In this document: positions 48,740 to 62,700 of the stretch, in pieces | Position numbering within the stretch: position 1 is the first letter of the stretch | Layout of the letters: the number at the start of each line of letters is the position of its first letter | Source of the DNA: Podarcis cretensis | Taxonomy: Eukaryota | Direction: 5' to 3' | Length of the DNA stretch: 64,000 nucleotides | Assembly (NCBI GenBank): GCA_951804945.1 | Contig: OX638157.1 | Location: 51,212,001-51,276,000, forward strand | Notes under the pieces: model-generated | What the model was told of the DNA's origin: nothing | Databases searched by the model: none | Seen by the model: the letters and a program-made list of their open reading frames with translations, nothing else | Program-made: the position numbers and the translations under genes

Positions 48740-50207
48740 CTTCCCTCCCCCTTTTACTCTATATTTCCCATTTGTTTCATTATTTTGCTTTTATATTATT
48801 TTACACTTTATCTAATATTTTACAACAGGAACAGAGGCATGAAATTGAAACTTAAAAAGTGCCTCTCCCTCTGTAGCTTCATACCTGTTTGTTTCTGCTC
48901 TTAATAAAAAGAAAATAATGACTGGTACTGAATCTTAATGGGCCTATTAAAGGATCGTGAAAAGCAAGCTTTTATATCAGATTTTAGAAATGATCAGAAA
49001 ACATAAGGCTTCACAGAAAAGAAAGTATTCCTGTCAATCCAACATCAAATCCTTATTCATCAAAGGGTAATTTTGATGACTTTTCTTCCCACTGCCTTTT
49101 ATAGAAGTCACTTTCATATTAAGCCTTGCTTTTAAGATCCAACACCTTCAGCAGGTGGTCCTTATTCCAGTTTCTGGCCAGTATATTAATAACAGAAATC
49201 AATATATGATCTATTATTGTTGTTCTTAGTAGTCACTTTAAAAGAAAAAGTAAACTCAAAGTGACTTTCTTTACAACAATTTTAAATAATCTTAAATAAT
49301 TACATAAGCTAGTACCTTGTCTGAGGAGTTGCACTGGACTATCTATCTTATTTCTTCATCTGTGGACCAGGGCAGGGCAACCTGGGATTTGTCAGCAGTA
49401 AGAAGCCATTCTCTGTCTTCTTCCTTAGAAGTCATATTTGAGGAATTAGCTGCTCAGAGAGATTTTACTGTAACAGACCTAGCTAGAATTTTTGAACCTG
49501 GATATATTCTCTATTTGCAAATGTCTGGAGTATCTGTGTTGTGGTTTTTTTTTTAAAGTTGCTTGCAGCTGTATGCTGATTCTTCTTTTTTTTAAATGAT
49601 TAAACATAATTTTAAAGCCTAGCCCTCATTATTAGCATACTTCCTGTATATTAACGTTGCCACAGTTATTGATGTGTCACAGTTTTAAAAAGTAGTTTAC
49701 ATGGTGGCGATGGATTATCTCTCAAAGCTATCATACAAAGCCAGTTCCAGTTGTGACATTTAATAATGAGGGGTAACACAAACAACTGCTCAAGATCTAA
49801 TAGGCTATTTACTGTCATTTATGTGTGTGTGCCATGATTGATCAACACTAATAATAGTGTGCCACTGCATATGTAACAGATCACTTGCTGATTTAACAGA
49901 GATGTGCTTCTTGTTTGCTGGGAGCTTCTGTCATCAATAACAAGGTCTCTAGAAAAGCACCAGTGGAGCCCGCAGATTTGAGCAGCCTTGATTCTGAAAC
50001 AGAACTACAAATTAGAGCCAGCAAATTATAGATTCTAGGCATGGCTTTTACACATTATTGCCTCAATAAACTCTGTTGCAAAATGCACAGGTTTTAGCAT
50101 TCTGATTACCCCGATATTTCTTAAAAGCTACATCATGCTTTGTATTTAGGCACTTGCTATAGGCTTGAGGTGTTTGGCATTCAATGAGTTATATCCAAAG
50201 TTATACG

Positions 50208-50382
50208 AGGAACGTAAGAAACTACCTTATACTAAGTCTGACACATTGATGCATCTACCTCAGGATTGTCTACTCTGACTGGCAGTGTCTCTGCAGAGTT
50301 TCGGCAGGAGTTGTTGGGGTTTTGGACCTGGGATCTTTTACATGTAAAACATGTGTTGAACTACTGACTGCAAGTCCCTCCT
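50208..50382 (-). mobile_element. Degraded tRNA-derived SINE (Squam3-like)
   Basis: Reverse strand shows a tRNA-like head (cagtcagtagttcaac..atcccaggtccaaaacccc) and the tail ctgccagtcagagtagacaat..cagacttagtataaggtagtttcttacgttcc. Confidence 0.6.
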
Positions 50383-51034
50383 CTACATACCAAGCCATTC
50401 CTTGGGGAGTTTTCAGGAGACACAGTGAGCTACATTGGGGAGGAGTGGGCAGAATTGCCTCATTGCCCAAATGGACTACTGCTCATTTAACTCTGCATAC
50501 TGTCCATTATTTTGATTTGATTTATTATATTTGTATGGCGCTTTTCATTCAAATGAATCCCAAAGCAGCTTACAAAAATAAATAATAATAACATGACAGA
50601 AGATAATAGAACACCACAAATTCAGCATGAATCATATAGAACAAATCATTGGTGAAACAGTTTTAATAATTTCTACCACAGCACCATAAAGGAAACCAGT
50701 ATTTGTAACTCCATAGTAGAGATGGATTTTCACTCCTCAGATCACCAATTCAAACTAGCTTAGGATTTGAAAGCAAGAATGTGTATTGTTTGTGCTCTTA
50801 AGTGATGCAGTACCAGCACGTGAACTGTATCTGTTATCTAAAATATACTTTTATTGTTTATAAATCTTTCTCAAATGTGAAGAAATCATTCTTTTCAAGA
50901 ATCAAAGAGAACTCAAGTTTGTTTATATATAAAGGATTAATTCACAAACAGAATTGGAGCTGAGAATTAGTGTGAATTGCCCCAGAACTACTGTCTTTTT
51001 TCTTTCTGAAAATTAATGAAACTGGAGGTTATAG

Positions 51035-51460
51035 AAAATTATTGATGCTTTGGTGAGGGCTGTGGCCAGGAGTGCATTTTTACTAACTCTGGTTAGCATG
51101 CCAAATTGGATTACTGTACTCTGTGTGGGGCTACCCTTGAATAGAAGCTTCAGTTCGTCCAAAATGCAGCTGCCACAGTTTTTACAGAGACCAGGAGGTT
51201 GGAGCATATTACTTCTAAATCCTACTCCAAATGTTCTAGTTACCAATTTGTTTCTGGGCTTACTTCAAGGTGCTGGCATTGACTTTTAAACCTTCAAATT
51301 GCCTGGCACCAGAGTATATAGTCAAAGATACCTACTGTTTAGAAGCTTCTGTATTCCCCTACTGTTTGAAATTTGAGAGAGAGAGAGAGATTTTGTCAGT
51401 TGTGCTGTCCAGATTATGGAACAGTTTTCCTAGGGCAGTAACACTTAACCCCCTACACTT
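51035..51460 (+). mobile_element. L2 LINE 3' coding fragment (degraded)
   Basis: ttggattactgt..ggggctacccttgaa..gaagcttcagttcgtccaaaatgcagctgcc..gagcatattac..ttcaaggtgctgg corresponds to L2 LDYC..GLPL..KLQxVQNAAA..EHIT..FKVL. Confidence 0.7.
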
Positions 51461-52610
51461 AGCCCCCTAATTTAGCCTCTCATGTTTTTAACTATTACCT
51501 TACCCCCATTGTATCAACAATGAGGCATTTTTTATTTGGACTTTGGACTCTGAGAAACTCAACATCTTCGAACCACATCAAAACACAGCAGAAATAGACA
51601 CTTGTCTGTTTTTCACTAACAACTATCAGGACTAGTGTCTGTGTTTAAAATGGTAACTATAATACTTTTATAAAAGTGATTCTGAAGTAAAGAGTGGGTT
51701 CAAAAAAGTGGTTTGGGGACACAGTCTAATAGTTCTGTACAAATTTTAGGATGGATCTTCAGGGGCTTGGTGGCACCATACTCTGTTTACATGTGTATTG
51801 TGAAAATCAAGATGCCTCCCCATTTTTGTTCATTTTTGTTCATATTGTTAATATTCCTATAGCAAAGCCCAGGGAGACAGGTTGAACCATTGAAGAAATC
51901 CTGACATGTACCATCCTTGCCAGTCCTCTTCTGTTTTGAAGTACATATTGCAAGCTTTTTTTCATCACCTGCAGCTTGAGCCTGCAGTAGTACTTACCAT
52001 ATCATCTTTATTCCATCTGTGTCTGTCAATGATACACTAGTCCCCCATGGCTCTTGGCATTCACTCATTCTTGGTGAGGCCTTTAAAGTCTAGCCAATCA
52101 CAAGCATAGGGAGAAAACCTGATAGAGGATGTGCTGTTTCTTTGACTGCCAAAGAAACAGGTTTTATTGTAGCAGCCACTTGGGTAATAGATTCAGACCA
52201 CATGGTGTGCCAAAATATATACTACATAAAAGTGCACTCAACAACCACTCTGTTTACAGATATGACAATGACAGAGGTCAGTCACTAAATAGTCAAGATG
52301 ACAGAGCTTAGTGCACAAAATGTGTTCGTGTCCTAAGAAGCTGAAAAAAGGCAGAGGTCCAGGACTCCAGCTGTTCTGCACCAGTTCTCACAGATCCTTT
52401 GACCCTGTGTGAAGATAAGAAATGCTATAGCCTTATTATACCTGAGAAAAGCCCTTGTTTTGTGCCACATAATAATCCTGTTATGCAAAAGGAACTTGCT
52501 TAACCAGGCATGTGGCTTAACTCTTCAGGCTAGCATGAATATCCTCTTAATGTAATGTAAGTAATGTAAAACACTGCTTTAAATGCTCACTTGACATGAA
52601 CCTGTCTTGA

Positions 52611-52805
52611 GAGGGGCCATAAAGGTAAAGGTTTTGTATGTATGTAGATGATTCCAGGTTTAATCCTTGGAATTCTAATTTTAAAGGACTTCAGTACCAG
52701 AACTGAGAAAGACCTCTGACAGAGACCTTGTAGAGTGATTGACAGTAAAGGAGTTTTAGAGAAGAAAATCAGTGGACTAGGCCATATATGGCTGTATCAT
52801 GTGAA
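52611..52805 (+). mobile_element. Highly degraded tRNA-derived SINE (Squam3-like)
   Basis: gaggggccata head, B-box-like ccaggtttaatcc, then gagaaagacctctg..gagaccttg.agag. Confidence 0.45.
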
Positions 52806-53449
52806 GCTCATTACAATTGTTTTAAAATGTTACACCTACTTTTAAAGTCTTCAAACATATAGAAAGAACATGAAGAAAATGGATAAACTAGAAAGATATG
52901 AAGGCTATTAAATGGAATACAAGAATAGAGGCTGAAATCTGTAATAGTTGCATGGTTCCATATATTATTACTGCTTATTCTAATAGGCTCAACATTTTCT
53001 TGTTGGCATGTCATGAAATGCATACCAGTTGCACAGGTAATTTCTGCTGAAAGATTTTGAAGTGAATAGGACCATAGACCAATTCAGGTCACTATTTTGA
53101 GAGTTTTTCTTTCTAAATGTGATACAAAAGCACAACAAAGCATATTTTATATGTAACTGTTGTTAATGCTGTGTAGAATTAACCCTTTATAATCAGAAAC
53201 AAAGTGTGCTCAGGCGTTTGTCTGAACATTTGTGGATGGGGCCATGTGCACAGGGACCCCCAACATTCCAGTACACATTGTCCTGCTGCTCACCTTTGTT
53301 GAATTGGAAAAGTCCGTCCTGTGTGACTTGACTTCTGCTTAGTAGATCTTTTTCAGCCTAAAGAGAGGTTTTTGGAGCCAAGGTGCTCAAAATGGTAGGG
53401 AATATATATCTCTGGCAATATATATGGAGAAAGGAGGCATTCAAATGAT

Positions 53450-53484
<35 letters not shown>
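53450..53484. repeat. (GAAA)n microsatellite
   Basis: Perfect GAAA run. Confidence 0.95.
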
Positions 53485-55089
53485 GGCAAAATAGTGGGGA
53501 GAAACGAAAATGATGAACCTGAAATAGTCAGCCCCATCTTAATAAGTTTATGTCTGCAACCATAATGCCCACAGACTCGACTTTTAAAAATTAAAAATGG
53601 GTTTCAAGGTATCTGCTGAATGTATTGTTTACTAAATGGTAAACCCAAAGCCCCAGTTCCAAATGTAAATCTGTTCAGTGCCTGGGCCTTGATCATCTTG
53701 AGATCAAGATACATATTATTTTATGTACTTGGAGCAGGCTTATTGTCAGGGAAAGTAGCAAGACAGGATGCCAGCTTGTGGCCCACAAAGCTGAAAACAG
53801 CCCACCAGCCTTGTACTGTGACCTGCCAAACATTAGACATGCACCTCCTCTGCCACCTCCTTCCAGGCAGGAAACAAAAAGAGCGGGCTTGCTGAGCATC
53901 CGGTAAATAATACTTTGCTGGTTGGTTTCATTTAGCATAGTACAGTAGTCACAGGTAGTACATGCCTGCAGTTTATAGTTGTAAGTCATTTCTCTGTTTC
54001 TTTCCTCTCCCAGAACATAGTAAGACTTATGTCCAAGTGCCTGTTCATAAGAGATCAACTCAGATGTTTGGTTCCGAAAGGATGGGAAAAAAATCAAATG
54101 AGGCAACCTGACTCTTCATGAATGGAATTACCTCTTTATTAATATCTTACTAGTAATTCCACTCCAGGTGTGTTTGTAATGATAGATGACTACCATGAAA
54201 AGGGGTGATATTGTCACCATCTTAGAGTAATGAGAAACATATGCAGGAGAGAATGCCAAAAGAAAACACTCTATATATTTTATGTCTGTATTTACATAAA
54301 TAAGCAGATACAGCAATTAAGGGTATTTTTACTAATGGGAGTCAATAGCAAAGGTCATCTCATCTTAATTAACACAAATAATTGAGTTGAACAGGATCAT
54401 ATTTTTAAATCAGGTACAGGCATAATAAACTTAAAACAATTTGCCCCCCTTTCAGAGAATAAAGAAATGCAATGGTGGAGCACAGTGGATATAAATATTA
54501 CCTTTCAGTGGGTGACATCCAGTGTTGCACTTGTGGCTCACATAATAGTAATTTCCTTTCTTCCCCTTCTTCACTAGCTCTCCTGTGCCTCCAAATTGGT
54601 TCTAGGAGGTCCTCCAATTATCCAGAGTAGGGGGGGGGTTGCAGGAGGAGCTTCAGGGGGAGGCTATCTAATGATCAAGATCTTAAGAAGATGAGTGGCT
54701 TCCCAATATATCAAAGGACCGCCTAATCCCTTATATCTCTGCCTGCTGATGGAGGTCTTTGAGGAAGCCAGTTAGTGGTCCTCCATATTTTAACCAATTT
54801 TTATCTTTCCTGTATTGTATTTCTTATACACTGCTTCAAGATAACTGGTATATAAATTCTTTAAATGAATAAATAAATGAGTGAGTAATGAGATGGCAAT
54901 AATTTATAGTAACATAGGTGGACATACTTTTACCACAATCTAAAAGGCAAAGGAGAAAGAAAGCACCTTGGGTAAGGAAATTCAGAATTAGCAAGAGGAA
55001 TGTAGTATACAGATTAAGTCTATTTTAAAAGTTGACTTTACACATTTATAGGTTTTGATTTAAATGTAACCTCTCTGGACAAAGATCCA

Positions 55090-55400
55090 GACATCACTTC
55101 AGACAGTTCTATCATGAGATCTGCTTAATGTGTAGCAAAGGTCAAGAAAGTGCATAATATGTTATGCTGCTTAGGGAATGCTATGGAAAATATTATAATA
55201 TCTTTATATAACTTGATAGCACTCCTCGCCTATACTTTTAAATGTTGGGTTTGGTCACCTTCCATTAAAAAGTACAAAAAGATAAGGTCCACAGGAGGGC
55301 ATAAACTTGGTATTTTATTATTTAAGGCAAAAAAAGTTAAAGGAAAGATAGTGTAAAAGAAAGTATGGAGAAGACAAGATGGATGTTTGTGTTCTTCAAA
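55090..55400 (+). mobile_element. Very old CR1 ORF2 3' fragment
   Basis: VKKVHNMLCCL..ENIIISLYNLI..FKCWVWSPSIKK..LGILLFKAKKVKG is a degenerate form of CR1 VKKANxMLG..NIIMPLYK..CVQFWSPHLKKD..LGLFSLEKRRLRG. Confidence 0.55.
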
Positions 55401-55796
55401 TATTGAGAGTTGGTTTTCAGTAGCATGGGGTGCTTCCTCATTTTGTGTAGTAACCATTCTGTAGTAATCTGTGATGAGAGAGCAGGTTTCACATTAGTGT
55501 TGGGGGATAGTGATTTTCAATACACAATTTCAAAATTCCTAGATATGCACCTGGTTAGATGATTTGTCATAGCTTGCCCCTTCTCTTGATGGCTGCAGAC
55601 CCAGAGTAGATTTGTCTCCTTCAATTATTTATCCCAATATTTTGGTGTACCAAATATTGAAGTGAAGAGGGTATAGCGGGGGGGGGGGGGGTGCTAAAGT
55701 TTGTTTTATTATGCCCTTGTTTATTGATTTATTGTTTCTAAATTCTGTATTGTTTGTTAATTGAAGTGATCCCACCCCTTAAATTATGCACACAAA

Positions 55797-55812
55797 CAGA
55801 CAGACAGACAGA

Positions 55813-55876
<64 letters not shown>
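55797..55876. repeat. Compound (CAGA)n(CA)n(GA)n microsatellite
   Basis: Directly visible. Confidence 0.95.
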
Positions 55877-55879
<3 letters not shown>

Positions 55880-56410
55880 TGTGCCACTCTTAATTTAAAA
55901 TAAATCTCAAAGTGGATTACAACAAAATCATAAAACAAGAAACAATAAGTAAGCCATCTTCAGGATAACAATATCAAAATCAACATGTCTGCAAGGAGGG
56001 TCAAACAATTCCTCCACTAATTGACTGAAAGCCTGGGAGAATAAAATAGGCAGCAGAAAAGGCTTGTGCCTTAATCAATGAAGGCATTCCATAATCAGGG
56101 TGCCATGACTGAGAATGGCCTCTCATGTGCTGCCATGTAATGTACACTTGGCCAATATGGCTCTTTTAGGTGGTTATCTGCAGCTGATCATAGAGAATGT
56201 AAAGTAAAAGCCCTTCAAGTATCTATGTCCTAAGCTGTATAGGGCTTTAGATGTCAACACCGGCATCTTGAAATTGACTCAGTAACTGACTGGCAGCCAG
56301 TGCAGCTGCTTCAGATATCTGGTATAATGTGTTCTCACTAGGCTGTTCCAGTCAGAAGCCTGGCAGCCACATTCTGGACTAGCTACATTTTCCAAACCAT
56401 GTCCAAATGC
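55880..56410 (-). mobile_element. L2 LINE 3' end (degraded)
   Basis: gggctttagatgtcaacaccggcatcttgaa..actggcagccagtgcagctg..cctggcagccacattctggactag is the reverse of L2 LVQNxAARL..LHWLPV..FKxxVLTxKAL. Confidence 0.65.
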
Positions 56411-57634
56411 AAAAATGTTGGATTGAAATGGTATTGATAGGTTATTGTAATACTTTTACTATTTGGTTGCCTTTTAATATTATTGTATTCATTTTGATAT
56501 AATATCACTATCAGCTTTGATTCACTTTAGGATGGAAAAGTGGAATACAAATAAATAATGAAATGAAAACTGACTCAGGCCAGCTCCGCATAGCTATTCA
56601 CTGTATTGTGATAGAATATCACTGTATTCTGTAACTGCTGACAGATGAGTAGCCCATAGAATGCAGAATATTAACAAACAGTGTACCATGTCTAAGGGGT
56701 ATAAAGTTCACAATGGACCTCAGGTACAGGAAGATCAATATCCTGATTCAGTAAGCAAAATATGTGATGCATTTGCAAGGAATCTGAGTAGAAAGATGTT
56801 CCAATGAGGAAAAATGCTGCTGAAGTAAGAGGGACAAATCAGGTAGCAGATTGGAGACATACTGACTAAGGGCAAAGGCCCAATGCCCAGAGACATCAAA
56901 GGAATTGGAAAATGCAGAAAGGAGAATGTGTGCTGAGAAAAATCCACACCTGTTCTAGTATCCTCGGAATGATATTTGACAACCTGGGATGGGTGAAAAT
57001 GAAGGCAGCTGTATTTCCCCTGCTAAATCTATGACTGCATGTTTCTAGTAACATACCATATGTCTACTGATATTCTTTACTTACCTTTGAATTAATCAAG
57101 GCATTCAAAAATAGTTTTGTAGACCTCAAAATATTGTTCTGTTCCCAAAGCCGTTGGATGTTATTGGGAGGTTTCAGTCCAGGCAGGGTGGGAAGGAAGG
57201 TGGTTGCTTCTGTATATCTTTAATATAGGGCACAAGCCCATTAGTCAGTAATCAGAGGATGAGTGTCATAGTCAGAATTCCTTTGTATCGGGTTATGCAA
57301 AAATATAATGTACCCCTTGAGTGGAAACTGTTAGAGATCAGCTATCAAGCACAGTACTCCTTAATTTTGCTAAGAGTGAATGAGTTAGCCTCATATATGC
57401 TTTAGTTACCATAATGGGTACATTTGAGCAAAAGACACAAACATTATCAAGTGATTTATTATGATGTAATAGTAGGAGATAAAATATTTATGGTCGGAGA
57501 TGTAGTCGCAAACATTCTGGGCAATTAAAACTTTCAAAGTTTGAAGGAGACAAGAAGGCACTAGACCCATTTTGCCTCCGACCTTGGTTTTGTCTTTTAC
57601 ACATTTATGTTTTCCTCTTTCATAGAAGCCTGTT

Positions 57635-57755
57635 CATAGAATTGCAGAGTTGGAAGGGACCACGAGGACCATCTAGTCCAAGCCCCTGCAATGCAGGAAT
57701 CTTTCGCCCAGCGTGGGGCTTGAACCCACAAGCCTAAGATTAAGAGTCTCCTCTA
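57635..57755 (-). mobile_element. tRNA-Lys-derived SINE with CR1-type tail
   Basis: Minus strand gagactcttaatcttaggcttgtgggttcaagccccacgctgggcg resembles the 3' half of tRNA-Lys(CTT), followed by gattcctgcattgca...ggtcccttccaactctgcaattctatg, a tail shared with the CR1 at 12773. Confidence 0.85.
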
Positions 57756-59626
57756 TTATGGCTTCATTGCATAATGTTATTCGTTTGTCCACACAGGATT
57801 AAATGTCCTAGAATGTACCATAATTCATAATCAACATCATCTTGTTTTCTTGCCATTCATTGGTAAAGTACTTTTTTGGATTGATTGTCTATAAAGGATT
57901 AAATTGAGTCACGCTTTAACTCATTCATTTAATACATATCACACTGAAGGAATGTAACCACTCCCGGTCTTTGTTTTATAGAATTTTTAATTTATTTTCA
58001 ACAAATTATAAACATAACACAGAAGTGTCCCTGTTTCCTTCCCCTCCCCCCTGAAACAGATGATCAGTTTATCAAAACTTGCCATACTCCCGATAGTCTT
58101 TATTCCCTAGAAAGAAAGTGCTCTTTTGTGTGTGTTCATATATGTTGATGACAAAGGCAATGTCACTTACTACGGTATAGCCTTATGCGCAGAATAAAAA
58201 GGCAAAATACTTCTGCTGCAATAAGAACACAAAGCCTCGGAATGTACATAGTTACATTGTGGATCATGAACTATTTTTCACTGAAAATAGGATACATTAC
58301 TATTAGGGTACATTTTTTTCCTTCCTTGCTTCCAAAATTGCAACTCTAGATATTTATAATTCCCCATTTCTTTCTGCAAAATGGAGCAATATTCCTGGTC
58401 TGCTTCCCCACAGAGATCTCAATCCAGAGATCCACACACATGGATATGTGTCCCCATTCCTGGGATTATATAGTAAGAAGTCTTACAAATTTATTCTTTT
58501 TAGTGCTCTTTTTTCTATTAAAAAAAATGAAAATATAGTACAGTTTGTCCATACAGTCAAGATCTACTCAGGTCCTCCACCTGTATGCTTCAGAAAGCCA
58601 TACCAAGATTCTGTGCAATGCTGAACTATATTAGTGTATTTCGCCCCTGTTAGTGGTCGGAATAATCTGTGCATAAATATAAGAGCTCCTCCTCAATGCT
58701 CCCTTCTTCTTTTCCTTCTCACAATAACTCTCTTCACAAAAAGTCCAAAACTTTTCTGTGTAACACTTTCATTCACAAATGGATTTGTAAACTGGACAGT
58801 GGCAAATATGATCAGCTTCCACTTCTGTGATTGCAGGAGCTAGAATGGAAAAAAGAAGAAAAAAGCAGCTATGATCACTGATATCTCCAACCATAAGTGA
58901 TCACCCAATTCAGTCTACATTTGCAGGGATGAGTCTGTGTCTAGGTTTGTATCCAGTAATGGCTTTGCACTAGCAGCCCCCATGGGAGCCCATAAAGCTT
59001 CTCCTAAAAGTTGGGAGTTTTTCTGGAATAGTATGGAATGTGTGTGGGATATTTTAAAGGACTGCAATGGGTGAAAATGAGGTGTCTTGCCTTGCAAAAC
59101 TAGCACTGCAATGCTGCTATTGGATACAATCTCTGGAGAAGTCTAGGACTATTTACATAGAGAATAAATATGAACATATTTAGGCTACAAAACCTATTCA
59201 CATTTGCATCTGAGTAAGTATCATTAAACTCAGTAGGACTTTTAAGTAAACTGTTAATGTTAATATCCAGGTAGGAGTTGGTTTTTCAACATGGAGATTG
59301 TATAATTTTTAAAATTTACTGCATATCTGCTTGCTAGAAGACAGAGGGATGAGGCAAAGTGACAGGGAGGAGGGTAATACATTGATGCTCCTGGATTGCC
59401 CTCCCTCCACTCCCCCCCCCATCAGCAGCAGTGCTACCAGGAAGCTAGAGTCATAGCTCTGCCCCACTGTGTGAGCCATTTCTGACAGAACACTAATATG
59501 AGAGATATTGCTGAGATCGAGGTAATTCTGAATCAAATTCATCAAATTAATAAAAAAAGATGAAAGACTCTAGTCTTATGCAGGTACTAAATGCAATGTA
59601 GGAGTTCAATAAACAGATTTTATTTA

Positions 59627-59781
59627 CCGTAACACGCACCCGACCATAACACGCACGTAGTTTTTAGAGGAGGAAAATCCGTAGGCATGCCACCCGTAGG
59701 CATTCACTCCATAACACGCACAGACATTTCCCCTTACTTTTTAGGAGGAAAAAAGTGAGTGTTATGGTGCAAAAAATACGG
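59627..59781. mobile_element. Tc1/mariner-superfamily MITE with CCGTA termini
   Basis: TA-CCGTA ... AAAAAATACGG-TA; three internal taacacgcac repeats and two ttttagr.ggaggaaaa-like motifs; left TIR partly deleted. Confidence 0.7.
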
Positions 59782-62700
59782 TAAATATTAGCAGACCATT
59801 TCTCATGATGGGAAGGAAATTGTGGATTTAGAAAGGGGAATTCATTTGATCCGAAAGAGACACCAGATGTGTGTCTGCATGGGAAACTTTCTCCTCTCCT
59901 GTTGATGTTTTCACATACAGCCAAGAAGCACAGGAAGCAGTACCATGTAAATTTTATTAGGTTAGCTTGGCTAAAGGGATATGTGCACTTGGATATCTGC
60001 TCGATTGAAATGGCTGAGGCAGCCTACAGCATGTATGTGGGGCTCGGATCAGAATTAGACAGCAAATACCTAACTGTAATTGGCACCAGTGATATAAGTG
60101 TTTTTTTAAGTTCTCTCAAGACCATCACCTAATTAATTGTTGCCAGAAAGGTCCACTCCTATATGTAAAGATTTTGTTGTTCTTTGAAATGGACATGATC
60201 GAGAAAGGCATTTTAGACAGATGCAGTATTTGCATTTATTTCCTGGTGCTTCTTGCCACCTAAACTCCCTGTCATGGTGAGAAAAACCTTAAAGGAGTGC
60301 ATTTAAATTTTATTGATTGTTGCCAGTGTCTCACTTTGAAATACCTATACAAAATACTTTCCTACAGGGATTCCTTTAAAAAAATATTCTAGAGTAAAAG
60401 CTCTCTATTTTAATTACAGATAGGACATAGAAATAACAGATTTCTATTATATTGAAACTTCTGATCTGACATAGCATTTGTACTCAAATGCCTAAAAGGA
60501 AAATTAGGAACACTTAGGGTTTCAGAATTTTATGTGATGGTTTCATTTGAAACATTTAACTAAAAACCAAAAACTGCAAATGGAAAGATCATCTGTAAAA
60601 AAATTGGATGAGGGATTATTGTGGGACCTGTCAAAATAAATAGGAGAATATTTTTCAGTGTGTAATTATATGTCAAGATTTTGGAAGCTAATGGACTATT
60701 TGCAGTCACATCAAGGTCAGAGGAGCAATTACTGTATATGAATTATCTGAAATCTTTTATAGCCTTTTCCAACTAGTTTTATAGCATCTGTTTATATTAG
60801 ACATCTTTGCCATTTCACATATTTCTTCCTATTGTTTTCTGTTAAGAGCATTGTAGAGCATTTTGTCAATTTTGTAGTTGTTTGCAAAACCTTCCTTTTA
60901 TTTCACCAAAGAGCTTGCAATTAGCCCACTTCTTCCTATTGAGAAGCATCTTTGTAATAACAGCTTTCCTGGCAGATCTTTTGTTAGGCAGATTTTAAAA
61001 TCAAGAGCCTACAAAGGATTGGGAAAAAATCCCAGTCTTAGAAAAGTTCAACAAATCCCCCTTCAAGGTCATATCAGTTAAGATTACATAGATTTTCCAC
61101 TTCAGTAAGCACTGAAGTTTTTTTGTCTTTTCTAGGTGCTAATTTGAAACGATCAAATTAATAGAATAGACTCAACTTTCAGAAGGAGCTGGTTGCTAAA
61201 CCTGAGGAAGAGCCTGAAATCTTATTTTCCATGTTTAATAGGGTTACTTTCTGCCTATTTTTTTCTCCCTGAAGCTTGCTATATCACTTCTTTGAAGCAG
61301 TTCACAGTGTATACTTTGACAGCCACTGGTTGTGAGAAGTATAAGACTGTAGCAAGGATCCCCATAGCATAATCCACCCAGTCACTGTTGGTCACTGATC
61401 CAGCTGCATGCATCAGCTTAGTAGTCAAAGGGCATGGTAATTCCCTCCTTCTGCCTTTTCTTTCTTCGAAGGCAAAATCTTCACCTGGTGTTTTTGATTC
61501 ATGCATTCTAATTATGATGGCTGCCATCGTCAGCCCTGTGGGTGACAGTAGAAATTCTGTGAGCCAAGAGCTAATACCACAGCTTGTTAAGCGACCATGT
61601 CAGACTGATTTTAGGGCCCATTTTGCAGTGCACCACAGGCCTATCTAAAAGCATCAGGAGCCTCCGTCTAGCGGGACAGACTCATTGTCTTTCTAAATGT
61701 CTCCTTCTGATAAGCAGATCCAAATATGGTTCATTCACTGTGGATTTGAAGGCACAGTAGGGAACTTGGCTCACAGGGTGGATACAACAAAATGCTTAAT
61801 ATTTTCTCTTGGTAGAGAGATAAAGAAACTATTACCAAGAAATATTCCAAGAAATATATATCAGTTATAATCAAAAGTTTGAAGTTTAAATCAGAAGTAG
61901 TGGATAGCTATTCTGATATTAAAATAACGTCTCTCATCTGTGCAAAGAACGCTCTGGGGTTGCGCCAGTTTTTGAATCAGATGAAATTCACATAATGACA
62001 AGAAATATGTTTGCTGTTCATTGCTTCTTCTTTCAAATTCTTTGGTTTTACTTCTAGTTCCCGTCCCTGACTCGTTTTATTCATATTTGAGTTAGGAATG
62101 CACGTTCAATGCTTGCTACTTTACTAACTGTTACAGTCTATTCCAGAGTGTTTTACTTTTTGTTTATTCAAGAGTCATTGACTTTTAAATAATTGACATA
62201 TTTCTCTCTCTTAAACTAAGTAGGCTAAAAGATAGTTTGATAATAAAATGACTACTAGGTTGCAGAGTGGAATGTAATTCTGAGTAAAGATGCACTTGTA
62301 ATGTTTTCTGTGTCCCCTAATAATTTATTTTTAAATACAGGAATACTGCTTTTTCAAGCTACTGCTTGTTTGACACATGTGATGTGATTGTGGTACACAG
62401 TCTATTTTCTTTAAAGGCAATGCTACACATTGCACAACTCTAATTAGAATGAATAGCTGTGATCCTCTGCACAGTTTCATGTAGATCTCTTTGGATAGCA
62501 GCCAAGGAAGGTCAGAGTGTATCATTATGTTTATACTTAGGGCCCATTCATACGGCCATTTCAGCCCTGTGGCAACCACAATTTTCAAGTCCACCTGTGA
62601 TAACTTACAGCTGTGTTGCCACAGGCTGATCTGGTTGTCTACATGCCAACACCATGTGCTCAACTAGTATAGGATGTCAGCAGTTACAAATGTCTGCCAA

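Noticed and set aside
57088-57210. Candidate minus-strand exon ending AAG|GTAAGT
   Set aside because: Acceptor lacks a pyrimidine tract and the one open frame resembles no known protein.
57700-57755. tRNA-Lys gene
   Set aside because: Only the 3' half is present, it is mutated, and it is fused to a CR1-type tail, so it is a SINE head.
59627-59781. Short spaced repeats (taacacgcac x3) as a CRISPR-like array
   Set aside because: Eukaryotic context, 10-13 bp repeats with irregular spacing inside a TA-flanked MITE, and no cas genes.
61279-61527. 82-aa minus-strand ORF with protein-like composition
   Set aside because: No recognisable homology, splice context or promoter; length is within chance expectation.
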